This document shows, one piece after another, positions 1-7,966 of a stretch of 64,000 nt of DNA; position 1 is the stretch's first letter; each line of letters opens with the position of its first letter. A program made the translations under genes and the position numbers. The stretch comes from a virus (taxonomy: Duplodnaviria > Caudoviricetes). The notes below the pieces were generated by a model. That model was not told the origin of the DNA. It searched no databases and saw only the letters and a program-made list of their open reading frames with translations. The DNA is taken from IMG/VR virus record IMGVR_UViG_2974597873_000001, positions 32,001-96,000 of that record; one strand, given 5' to 3'.

Positions 1-399
1 CTAGGAGGAGAGTGTTCTTTCCGGCTCCCGCGTAGTCTGCGAGCCTCCCTGTGAGCTTTGTGCTTCCCCAACCTGTCGATACGGCCAACCTCTTCGTCCT
101 CTCCTGATTTCACGGCGCTCTTCCGGAGTAGTTCCACCCCACACACCGTACTTTTCGTTGTTGATTACGGCAAACTCCAGACAATCAGAAAGGAGGGGGC
201 ATGGGCGCTTGTCATCTGTACCGTGACAAATACGCTTAGCCTCCTCCATTTCCGATTGCTGATCAGCATCTAGGTAAATGCTGGTGCCGAACCACGGATC
301 GTTATCCCGAGTCCCCGGAAATGAGACACACTTAGCCTGCTTTTCCGGATGGTCCTCATTGAACCATTGTGGACTATTCGTCCGTAGCTTCATCACCAT
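1..399 (-). CDS. whiB: WhiB family Fe-S transcription factor
   Basis: Four Cys (KC...IC-x8-CPLLSDC) and the GVWGG turn followed by basic TTPEERREIRR. Confidence 0.9.
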   Translation of the reverse strand: MVMKLRTNSPQWFNEDHPEKQAKCVSFPGTRDNDPWFGTSIYLDADQQSEMEEAKRICHGTDDKRPCPLLSDCLEFAVINNEKYGVWGGTTPEERREIRRGRRGWPYRQVGEAQSSQGGSQTTREPERTLSS

Positions 400-706
400 A
401 CGCCTGAATCCTCATCTCCATAAAGTCATCCTTGCTCAGGATGACGTACGACTCACCCTGTTTAAGGAACTCTACCAGAAAGATCGGAATTCGTCCATCC
501 ATCAGCGCTTGGTGGTTAAGCTTCTCCAAATCCACTTGCTTCAAACTGTAGGACTTCGCTGAAGTGATCTTACATTCCCAGAGTTCCTTGTCACTTCTCA
601 CGTCACCCTTACGTACCCAACCATTGCCAGAACCGGCATTAACGGAGCCGCCCAATTCCTTGGCGAGACTCCGTTCCTGCCGTTGGCTATCTTTTAGTGA
701 TGCCAA
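374..706 (-). CDS. PD-(D/E)XK nuclease, Holliday junction resolvase-like
   Basis: QE..LAKELGG...GSG...KGD...WECK motif order typical of phage Hjc-like resolvases. Confidence 0.7.
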   Translation of the reverse strand: MASLKDSQRQERSLAKELGGSVNAGSGNGWVRKGDVRSDKELWECKITSAKSYSLKQVDLEKLNHQALMDGRIPIFLVEFLKQGESYVILSKDDFMEMRIQAYGDEATDE

Positions 707-1092
707 CGCCTTATGTCTTCCCTTACCATTCGCATTCCGTCATGGATACTTCCTTCTACGTAGTCCCATGACATGAGTTCTTGAATGTCACCATACACGG
801 CCTTGAACGCCGCGTCAATACCCTTTCGCCAACACGTGGCATACGGGGTGTCCCACTTCTCTTTCATGATAGGAGGAAGTGGGACTCCCCTGTAGGCAGT
901 CGGAAACTTAGGACATTCAGAGTCCGTGTGTGACTGCCTGAGGGACTTTGCGGCACTGAAGTGATGCTGGGGACACTCGTCTACGATTCGGTCCTTACGA
1001 ACCAACCCACAGGCTTCCTTAGGGCAGGGACAGCCATCCTCAAGAGTATGGCCATCCCACGAACGCCCGATGTGGATGTCGTCAGGAAGCAT
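694..1092 (-). CDS. hypothetical protein with Cys/His-rich N-terminus
   Basis: Start reassigned to MLPDD (ATG 1092) overlapping the upstream stop; H..CPCP..CG..C..H..H..C. Confidence 0.6.
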   Translation of the reverse strand: MLPDDIHIGRSWDGHTLEDGCPCPKEACGLVRKDRIVDECPQHHFSAAKSLRQSHTDSECPKFPTAYRGVPLPPIMKEKWDTPYATCWRKGIDAAFKAVYGDIQELMSWDYVEGSIHDGMRMVREDIRRWHH

Positions 1093-1366
1093 CCTGTGCC
1101 TTCTCGGAGCCCTTAGGACCCTTACCCCGCATAAGACGCAGGGTGTCCCGCACGAGACCGTAGGAGAAGCCCACAATCCCCATAGCAGGCCATGCGAAGA
1201 CCATGCCACCTCGGTAGGTGCAGCAGATCAGCATACCCAGATCCTTGCCGTACTTCTTACGGTAGTCGTCCAGGCTCTTGCCGTTCTTCAGCAGGTCATT
1301 CAGCGTAGTGATCGAACCGATGACGTAGATTCCGCCACCCACCACAATTGCACCAGTTACCAGCAT
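1082..1366 (-). CDS. membrane protein
   Basis: ATG 1366 coupled to upstream TAA; two hydrophobic segments. Confidence 0.6.
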   Translation of the reverse strand: MLVTGAIVVGGGIYVIGSITTLNDLLKNGKSLDDYRKKYGKDLGMLICCTYRGGMVFAWPAMGIVGFSYGLVRDTLRLMRGKGPKGSEKAQDAS

Positions 1367-1596
1367 TACTTCCCCTTCACCATTCCGTTGATGTACTTGA
1401 CGAAAACCCACACCGGCCATCCGATGCTTCGGAAAACTGCACGAAGGATGATCAGTGTCCATCCTCTGTACTTTCCGTGCTTACTGAGAATTTCGTATTC
1501 TTCTCCCCGAAACTCCAAGTCAATAAGATAATTGACAAAGAGAATCAGTCCGACGAAGACATAAGCAAGAAATCCCAGCACTGCTGGAACAATCAT
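1366..1596 (-). CDS. membrane protein
   Basis: Two TM-like segments, W-P motif like its neighbour. Confidence 0.65.
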   Translation of the reverse strand: MIVPAVLGFLAYVFVGLILFVNYLIDLEFRGEEYEILSKHGKYRGWTLIILRAVFRSIGWPVWVFVKYINGMVKGK

Positions 1597-1597
1597 G

Positions 1598-1774
1598 TCA
1601 GCCCTTCATGACGAGGTGATAAACCATGGCCTGAACGTCTTCCTGACCCAGCGCGCCCGACTCACCGAGAGTAGTCAGAATGCCGTTCCAGATACTGTCC
1701 AGTGCCACCTTGCTCAGGTGGTATATACCACCAGACACAACGAGCGGTGCAAGAATGTAGCCGATAATCTCCAC
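1598..1774 (-). CDS. small membrane protein
   Basis: AAAGGAGG RBS before GTG at 1774; hydrophobic N-terminus. Confidence 0.6.
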   Translation of the reverse strand: MEIIGYILAPLVVSGGIYHLSKVALDSIWNGILTTLGESGALGQEDVQAMVYHLVMKG

Positions 1775-1806
1775 GTTTCCTCCTTTTAGTAGATGATTAA
1801 CCACCA

Positions 1807-1848
1807 GCCCCACACAGAGACAGTATCAGCTCTGTATGAGACAAGCAA
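1807..1848 (-). promoter_or_regulatory. hairpin-embedded promoter (TTGCTT-17-TACTGT)
   Basis: -35 at 1843-1848 directly after TAG; 13-bp stem with 3 G-U; -10 (1820-1825) in the loop. Confidence 0.7.
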
Positions 1849-2259
1849 CTAACCCTCCGAGCTGCCCCGGAAGTCCGGGTTGGGGAGAAGAGCCTGAGGC
1901 TTGAACGTGACGCGGTAGTGGTAGGCAGACGCCTTGATCGGCGCACCCTGCTCCACATAGTACGAGACGTTGTCACTCAGACCCAGGAAGGACTTCTTGT
2001 ACTCGTCCTTACCAGTCTTGCAGATGATCTCAAGCTGGTTACCCTCGTCCTTGATGGAACAGGCGCCCTCGATCACCATCAGGTACTTGTCGGTGATGCC
2101 GTTGAAGGCGACGATTCGACGCTGAACCTCGAAGTTGTCAGCAGCCTTGGAGACGTTCTCAGAAGCCACAGTGGCGTCGTCGTCCGTGCAAGCCACGGCA
2201 CCCAGACCCAGCGCAACAACCATACCGAGAGTCGTGAAGGTCTTGTTGAGACGGTTCAT
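1849..2259 (-). CDS. lipoprotein
   Basis: Signal peptide with lipobox AVAC; AAGGAGG RBS. Confidence 0.8.
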   Translation of the reverse strand: MNRLNKTFTTLGMVVALGLGAVACTDDDATVASENVSKAADNFEVQRRIVAFNGITDKYLMVIEGACSIKDEGNQLEIICKTGKDEYKKSFLGLSDNVSYYVEQGAPIKASAYHYRVTFKPQALLPNPDFRGSSEG

Positions 2260-2284
2260 TACATTTCCTCCTTTGTAGTGACCA

Positions 2285-2321
2285 GCACCGCCACTCTACT
2301 AGAGAGTGACGATACAAGCAA
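2285..2321 (-). promoter_or_regulatory. hairpin-embedded promoter (TTGCTT-17-TAGAGT)
   Basis: -35 at 2316-2321 after TAG; 13-bp stem with 3 G-U, loop CTAGT; -10 at 2293-2298. Confidence 0.75.
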
Positions 2322-2642
2322 CTACATGTCGTAGAGCGCAGCCTCATTGATAGCGTTCAGAGCATCCTGACTCTCCGTACCCATCAGAATTTCCTTGCGG
2401 AAGATGTAGAGCCTGTACGCGGCCAGAACACCGATCAGCACCAGCAGAGTGAACAGTACACCCCCGACCCACAGAGCGCCAGTCAGTGAGAATACCGCCA
2501 CAATACCCATGATGATGGCGTTAGCCACGAAGAGAACACCGAAGCCCATCGCAGCCTGCTTGACGTGCACCTGGAACACTTCCTCACTGGCCTCACGAAT
2601 GAAGTCAAGCTCGTCGTCACCAGTCTTGGGGAACTCGAACAT
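2322..2642 (-). CDS. membrane protein
   Basis: Two TM helices; AAGGAG RBS. Confidence 0.8.
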   Translation of the reverse strand: MFEFPKTGDDELDFIREASEEVFQVHVKQAAMGFGVLFVANAIIMGIVAVFSLTGALWVGGVLFTLLVLIGVLAAYRLYIFRKEILMGTESQDALNAINEAALYDM

Positions 2643-2677
2643 GTTTCTTTCTCCTTCTTTGTTGGTGGAGTAGTGCC

Positions 2678-2716
2678 CAGCAACGCCATCGTACTAGACG
2701 ATAACGAAGCTGACAA
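2678..2716 (-). promoter_or_regulatory. hairpin-embedded promoter (TTGTCA-17-TACGAT)
   Basis: -35 at 2711-2716 after TAG; stem with 2 G-U and UU/UU internal loop, loop CTAGT; -10 at 2688-2693. Confidence 0.75.
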
Positions 2717-2887
2717 CTACTTGCGGAAGGGACCAGGAACCTTACCGGCCACGTTCAGACCCACGTAGACAGCCAGAACGATGACCAGAGGCCAGAACAG
2801 TGCGGAGACTGCCATCAGCACCAGCTTGAGAACCACCGCCGCAGCGATGATAGCCAGCACGAAACCCGCGATCTTCAGCTTGCTCAT
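2717..2887 (-). CDS. small membrane protein (56 aa, not in ORF track)
   Basis: MSKLKIAGFVLAIIAAAVVLKLVLMAVSALFWPLVIVLAVYVGLNVAGKVPGPFRK; TAATG coupling to upstream gene. Confidence 0.75.
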   Translation of the reverse strand: MSKLKIAGFVLAIIAAAVVLKLVLMAVSALFWPLVIVLAVYVGLNVAGKVPGPFRK

Positions 2888-3549
2888 TACTTGTTGCCCT
2901 CCTGAAGGCTCTTGTGGATGAGATCGTTCTCAAGGAACGTCTTGTAGGGGGTACCGCTTGCTGTGTGGAACACTACCACACCTTCCGGCTTCATGAAATC
3001 CGGAGAAGCTACGGAACCGTACTCGCGAAGGTGCTCAACCCACGACTTTGCGATCTCCGTAGAGAATACCGTACGTTCCAGCACAGGCACAAGGTAAAGC
3101 TGAGGAATCAGATCGTGACCCTTGTACGCGGTCAGGGTGTCCTCCCAGCGCTTCACGTTGAACAGAGAGAAGCGACGTTCACCGTTAGAGAGACCGTAGC
3201 CTCCCTGAATACCCGAGCCCCACCACTCACCGAAGTGACGACCCTCGCCCAGAACCTCGATGAGGTTACGGGAGTTGTCGAACACCCACTTGGCGAAGGC
3301 GAAGTTGTCGTCTCCTGGAGTGATGAAGCGCTTACGCGACTGTGCAGCAACAAGGTACACGCCAGTCTCCGTGTACACAACGTCTTCCTTGCCGGACCAT
3401 CCCAGAAGCTCAAGCTCCCAGTCTGCCAGGGGTCCTCCATAAGGCGCAATACGCTCGATGACAACCGCAGCGTTGGTACCGTCGATCTTCTCCGTGTAGA
3501 TTGCCTCCTTGTTGAGGCGGGAGATAGAAGGCCAGGGCTGGAACTCCAT
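2887..3549 (-). CDS. RNA ligase, Rnl2-like nucleotidyltransferase domain
   Basis: Motif I EKIDGTN, QSR, FGEWWG, FSLFN, EGVVV, terminal K. Confidence 0.8.
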   Translation of the reverse strand: MEFQPWPSISRLNKEAIYTEKIDGTNAAVVIERIAPYGGPLADWELELLGWSGKEDVVYTETGVYLVAAQSRKRFITPGDDNFAFAKWVFDNSRNLIEVLGEGRHFGEWWGSGIQGGYGLSNGERRFSLFNVKRWEDTLTAYKGHDLIPQLYLVPVLERTVFSTEIAKSWVEHLREYGSVASPDFMKPEGVVVFHTASGTPYKTFLENDLIHKSLQEGNK

Positions 3550-3764
3550 CAGATGTTCTCCTTCTCGTTGATACGGCCAGTCAGCGTAGAACCGTAGCCA
3601 AGCTCGTGCTTGACTCCGTAGACGTTCAGATCATGCAGGACGTTGACGAAATAGTCAACACTGACGCTGCCCTGTGCTGCGCGTGCCAGAACTACAGCCT
3701 GAATGTCCTCAAGATCCGCGTCGTCCAGAACAAGATTTTCCAGATCCGTGAGTGCGTAGTACAT
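3549..3764 (-). CDS. hypothetical protein
   Basis: ORF with GGGGAG RBS, coupled to next gene. Confidence 0.65.
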   Translation of the reverse strand: MYYALTDLENLVLDDADLEDIQAVVLARAAQGSVSVDYFVNVLHDLNVYGVKHELGYGSTLTGRINEKENI

Positions 3765-3782
3765 GCTCTCCCCTTCGTTTGT

Positions 3783-4115
3783 TTACACTAGTTCGTTGAT
3801 GGCTACAGTCTGCCCTAGAGTGGAGGGAATTGCAACCCCCTCCGTTCTGCGCTGCTGCATCCCCGTAACCTTTTCGCAGATCGTATAAGTGAATGCGTTT
3901 GGTGTCAACCCGCCCACATCAGTGGTCGGTACTTCCACGCTCAACTTACCATACGAATTGACGCGGCCACGGTAAATCTGCTTGGTGTAGATTACATCAT
4001 TGGTGTCGTCCTCAAAGACGTCAACACTCGGGATGAACTCTACATAACCGTAACCGGCACGCCCAAGCATGTCCTTGTACGTACCGGTTACGGTGATAGA
4101 TGTTAGGTCACTCAT
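3783..4115 (-). CDS. beta-rich protein resembling N-terminal carrier domains of actinophage tail proteins
   Basis: TVTGTY.D..G...G.V.F.PS...G.L...TD...P..FTY.I.E pattern; GGAG before ATG 4115. Confidence 0.55.
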   Translation of the reverse strand: MSDLTSITVTGTYKDMLGRAGYGYVEFIPSVDVFEDDTNDVIYTKQIYRGRVNSYGKLSVEVPTTDVGGLTPNAFTYTICEKVTGMQQRRTEGVAIPSTLGQTVAINELV

Positions 4116-4154
4116 GGTAACTCCGTTCACTAGGCTTGTACACCTAGTTTACGG

Positions 4155-5186
4155 TCAACCGTTCGTCACTTTGTCGAGCACTAGTCTACGGATCTCATCC
4201 TGCATGTCAAGGTCTTCCCGGATGGCTTCCACCATCTTGTCACGACCCTGCCACTTCTGGTCCCCGAAGTTGTAGTATGCTCCTCCACGGGTAATGACCT
4301 TGAACATGACACCCATGGTAATCATGTCCTTCACCTCGTCGTGCTCTCCGGGACGGAATCCTTTCTGCGAGAACTCAAAGTAGAAGTCTGTAGCGGCCGT
4401 CTTTTGGGGAGCACCAGCCTTGTTCTTCTCCACTTTGAACTTGATGGACTGGCCTACGAATACCTCTCCCTGTCCCTCTACCTTCTCCTTGATCCAGTCA
4501 TCCCGCGAAACTACTACTCGCTGGTAGAAGGCAAAGTCCTTAGCCTTACCCCCCGGAAGAGTCTTTGGAGTTCCATAAGGGGAGAATCCGCCGATCTTCT
4601 CACGGAATTGATTGACCCAGAATCCCACATACGGACGCTCCTCAGTGAAGGTCCCTCCAGACTTGCGGAAGAACTTACCGACGTTGCGTGCTCCGGCTGC
4701 AACAACAGCATCCTCCATACCCTTCTCGTCTTCCTGGTTCGCAATGAGAGCAGGATAGCTGTCTAGTACGATGCAGTCAAAGTTCTTGGAGTTGGCCGCA
4801 TCAAGGATTGCCTGCATGGCAAGCTCCATGTGCTGAGTTTCTAGCACGTGCACACGGTCGTTGTCAACACCGTTCTTCTCAGCCCAATCCCTGTCGTACG
4901 GCTCGGAAGCAAGCCAGAACGTCTGCCAATTGGGATCACGCCTCTGATTCGTGGCGATGGTGTGGAGAATACCAGACGTCTTACCAGAAGACGACTCACC
5001 ATACACCTCGATCCAACGGTTACCTGACCAACCTCCACCTAGCGCAGCATCAAGGGAGAGAATACCCGACGTCACACGGGGCGGTACGTACATTTCAGAG
5101 GCAGTGATCAGCTTAGGATGACCAGCCTTCTCCAGATCCTTGTTCATCGACGCCATGAATGTTGCAAGGTCTTGCGTTTGTGCCAT
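4155..5186 (-). CDS. recA: RecA/UvsX-like recombinase
   Basis: TSG..SLD.ALGGG, Walker A GESSSGKT, Walker B IVLDS, NQFREKIG, KNKAG. Confidence 0.93.
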   Translation of the reverse strand: MAQTQDLATFMASMNKDLEKAGHPKLITASEMYVPPRVTSGILSLDAALGGGWSGNRWIEVYGESSSGKTSGILHTIATNQRRDPNWQTFWLASEPYDRDWAEKNGVDNDRVHVLETQHMELAMQAILDAANSKNFDCIVLDSYPALIANQEDEKGMEDAVVAAGARNVGKFFRKSGGTFTEERPYVGFWVNQFREKIGGFSPYGTPKTLPGGKAKDFAFYQRVVVSRDDWIKEKVEGQGEVFVGQSIKFKVEKNKAGAPQKTAATDFYFEFSQKGFRPGEHDEVKDMITMGVMFKVITRGGAYYNFGDQKWQGRDKMVEAIREDLDMQDEIRRLVLDKVTNG

Positions 5187-5207
5187 GTTTCTCCTTCTAT
5201 AAATGAC

Positions 5208-5251
5208 GTAGGGCCAGACACAAGAGTATCTGACCCTACTGACAACGTCAA
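5208..5251 (-). promoter_or_regulatory. hairpin-embedded promoter (TTGACG-17-TACTCT) for recA
   Basis: -35 at 5246-5251, -10 at 5223-5228 straddling the loop of a 14-bp stem with 2 G-U. Confidence 0.75.
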
Positions 5252-5254
5252 GGA

Positions 5255-5428
5255 CTAAAAGAAGTCCCAGTCACCGCCACCTTCAGCGGTGCAAATGAGA
5301 ACAAGTCCCCCTGCGGCGAGCAGAATAACTGCAAGCCACATGGGACCACCGGCAGCCCATACGATAATGCCTGCCAGGATAAACAGAAGCTCAACCACCC
5401 ACGAGTAATCCGGACGGTGCCTAGACAT
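5255..5428 (-). CDS. small membrane protein (57 aa, not in ORF track)
   Basis: GGTGGAGG RBS; MSRHRPDYSWVVELLFILAGIIVWAAGGPMWLAVILLAAGGLVLICTAEGGGDWDFF. Confidence 0.7.
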   Translation of the reverse strand: MSRHRPDYSWVVELLFILAGIIVWAAGGPMWLAVILLAAGGLVLICTAEGGGDWDFF

Positions 5429-5443
5429 GCCTCCACCTTTCAG

Positions 5444-7060
5444 TTACGAGCCGCAGACACCGCTCACACAAGCCATGCCGTTACCCAGCTCTTCGTATTC
5501 AATACCTTCAGAAGCAATTGCTTCTGCGTAACTTACCACAGTCAGCGGCTGTCCGCCACGTGCCCCATCAGGGTACACAGTGACACCACGGACGTTCGGT
5601 AGGTGCTCCATAAGGATCTCACCAAACAGCTCTGGTGTAAAGGACTGAGACTCCCATGAAGGAAGATTCAGAGTAGAGCTGATGCCGTGGTCCACATACT
5701 TCTGTACCCAAGCCTGGAACGCAAGTCTACGTCCGGGATCAAGAGACAGAGTGTACGCGGTCTCAAGAGTGTCAGGATCGATACCCTGATCAGCCAGTCG
5801 CTTAGCGATAGGCTCCACAACGTACTGGAAGTGCCACGTGGTTCCCTTGAGGTAGCGACGCTTATAGGCTACCGCAAACAAAGGCTCCACACCAGTCGTA
5901 GTCTCAGCCACAATTCCCAGAGTTCCTGTAGGAGCAACGGCACGAGTCTTGACGGGAATAGAGATCCCGAGGAAGTTAGCCGCATCGGTAGCATACTTAT
6001 CCGAACGAGCATACTCGTCCAGCCAGTACCCCAGCTCCTCATCAGGAGCGTACGGCTTACCACGTGTGGCTAGCCATTCGTACACGCCCATGATGCCAAG
6101 ACCTAGACGACGGTTCTTCTTACGGGTTTCCGCAACACCTCCGTACGGTACCTTACTGTACAGAGTTCCACAAAGCAAGAAGCGTGTGGCAAGCTCGGTA
6201 AGCTCCGCCATTTCCTCACGAGATTCAATACGCGCAAGGTTAAGGGAGCCTAGGTTACAGATGTCGTTGTCGTCACGAGAGGTCACCTCAGTACAAGCAT
6301 TTCTCAGGTGCTCTCCAGCGTTCTCACCTACGTCTACCGAGAATCCTGGCTCTCCGGTCTTCAGCATCCCTTCTACGGCCGTCCAGTACACCTTCTGAGC
6401 CCACGAGTACTGCTCATGGAAGGGGTTCTCGAACGCAGCAAAGAAATCGTCGTCAAGAATGATGGAAATGTTAGTCATATCCATCGGTGCGGATGCATTG
6501 AAATCCTTTTCCTTCATCGCAACGATATCTTCATTCCAGTCCTTGACCTTCATGAAATCGAATACGTCAGCGTGATTCCAATGCAGACCAGCCCAAATAG
6601 CGGAGCGACGTGATCCACCCTGCATAATGTTACGGCCGATCTCATTAACTGCCTGCATGAATGCAAGGGGACCTGTGGAAGTACCTCCCATGCCACCTAC
6701 GGGTGCGCCGTTAGGACGTAGCTTGGACCAGACGATACCAATGCCCGCACCAGTCATCAGACCGGAGGCTACACGGTTCATCAGGTCAGCGATACTCTCA
6801 CGAGAATCCTCCACAGTCAAGAGCAGACAGTTCTGTGTTTGGTGGAAAGGCTTACCTGTGGCATACAAGTATCTTCCGCCCGGCATGAACTTTCTGTCAG
6901 TGACAGCCTGTGTCAGTTTCTCAACATCCTCAGGGAAATACGGAGCCATAACCGTTGAGATAACACGTCTCGCAGTATCCCCCCATTCTTCTCCCTCTTG
7001 TGCGTACTTTTGCTTGTAAATGGTTTCCGCAAAGACGGACATCTCAATAGCCAAGGTCAT
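5444..7060 (-). CDS. nrdJ: class II (adenosylcobalamin-dependent) ribonucleotide reductase
   Basis: MPGGR, NC, GGSRRSA, GEPG, NACTE, CNLGSLN, APTGT, ISSTLN, C-terminal CVSGVC; no small subunit nearby. Confidence 0.88.
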   Translation of the reverse strand: MTLAIEMSVFAETIYKQKYAQEGEEWGDTARRVISTVMAPYFPEDVEKLTQAVTDRKFMPGGRYLYATGKPFHQTQNCLLLTVEDSRESIADLMNRVASGLMTGAGIGIVWSKLRPNGAPVGGMGGTSTGPLAFMQAVNEIGRNIMQGGSRRSAIWAGLHWNHADVFDFMKVKDWNEDIVAMKEKDFNASAPMDMTNISIILDDDFFAAFENPFHEQYSWAQKVYWTAVEGMLKTGEPGFSVDVGENAGEHLRNACTEVTSRDDNDICNLGSLNLARIESREEMAELTELATRFLLCGTLYSKVPYGGVAETRKKNRRLGLGIMGVYEWLATRGKPYAPDEELGYWLDEYARSDKYATDAANFLGISIPVKTRAVAPTGTLGIVAETTTGVEPLFAVAYKRRYLKGTTWHFQYVVEPIAKRLADQGIDPDTLETAYTLSLDPGRRLAFQAWVQKYVDHGISSTLNLPSWESQSFTPELFGEILMEHLPNVRGVTVYPDGARGGQPLTVVSYAEAIASEGIEYEELGNGMACVSGVCGS

Positions 7061-7086
7061 AGCTCCGTATTACTCGTGTCTGATAT

Positions 7087-7518
7087 CTAAATATGCTCGC
7101 CTAGACCCTGCTGTAGGGCCTGGATAGCACCTTGCATGGTCTGACCCCCAGAGACCTGACGAGAGGCCGCCACAGGGGCGTTTGCGTCCCCTCTGAGGGT
7201 GGGTGCGCCGTAAGCTGACTGCTCGAAGCGCGGGTTATAACCGCATTCACCACACGTAGGCATGTGGCTAGGAGACGAACGGAAATACTTGTCCCCGCCA
7301 CATCCCGGACAGGTCTCCCCTTGCTTCATGCGAACGGTAGGACTATACGTCTCCTGCGGCTGCGGGACAGCCTGTCCTTGAGGTACTGGTACCGGCTGGG
7401 AGGGTACTGTCTCTGGGACGGGAGCGTATAGGGGGTATAGTTCATTACTTCTGTGAAAGGGCTGAGTTGCAGGAGCATTGTTTACTCCCAACTTTCTCGC
7501 CCAGAAATTGTCACTCAT
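7087..7518 (-). CDS. hypothetical protein with Zn ribbon
   Basis: CPGC...CGEC; Pro/Gln-rich N-terminus. Confidence 0.75.
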   Translation of the reverse strand: MSDNFWARKLGVNNAPATQPFHRSNELYPLYAPVPETVPSQPVPVPQGQAVPQPQETYSPTVRMKQGETCPGCGGDKYFRSSPSHMPTCGECGYNPRFEQSAYGAPTLRGDANAPVAASRQVSGGQTMQGAIQALQQGLGEHI

Positions 7519-7943
7519 TCATGTCCTCCGTAATGTAGAATTCCGTTGGTAATCAACTGACTGATTACCGAATTGGCAACAGCGGAGGAAACTCGAATAT
7601 TCTCCGCCAGGAATGCTGCCTTCTCTTCATCAGTCAAATGGGCAGCACGAGGCTCCACAGCAATGATCGCAGTGGTTGCAGCCGTAGCCGCAATCATGCA
7701 GCCGTGGTTAATGTGCTGCCCCAAAGGAAGAAGAGCACGCTTACGCATCACCATGTCACGGTATTCCGCCTCCGTGACATCCGGACTAGCCGGGGACTGA
7801 CCAAAGCGCTCAGGCTCCTTGATCATTGCGTCCCCGACCAAATCCCACATGCACTGGCGGTTCAGAACCGTCGGATAGTAACGAATATTCTCCGACGTGT
7901 CATAGGGTTCTACGTTGGCTTCGAATGGATTGTACTTAGTCAT
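7515..7943 (-). CDS. hypothetical protein
   Basis: ORF in operon with ATGA overlap. Confidence 0.7.
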   Translation of the reverse strand: MTKYNPFEANVEPYDTSENIRYYPTVLNRQCMWDLVGDAMIKEPERFGQSPASPDVTEAEYRDMVMRKRALLPLGQHINHGCMIAATAATTAIIAVEPRAAHLTDEEKAAFLAENIRVSSAVANSVISQLITNGILHYGGHE

Positions 7944-7966
7944 ATCTGCTCACTTCCGTCATGTCA

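Noticed and set aside
5248-5436. Track ORF MEACLGTV...
   Set aside because: The alternative frame 5255..5428 has a strong RBS and a coherent two-TM product
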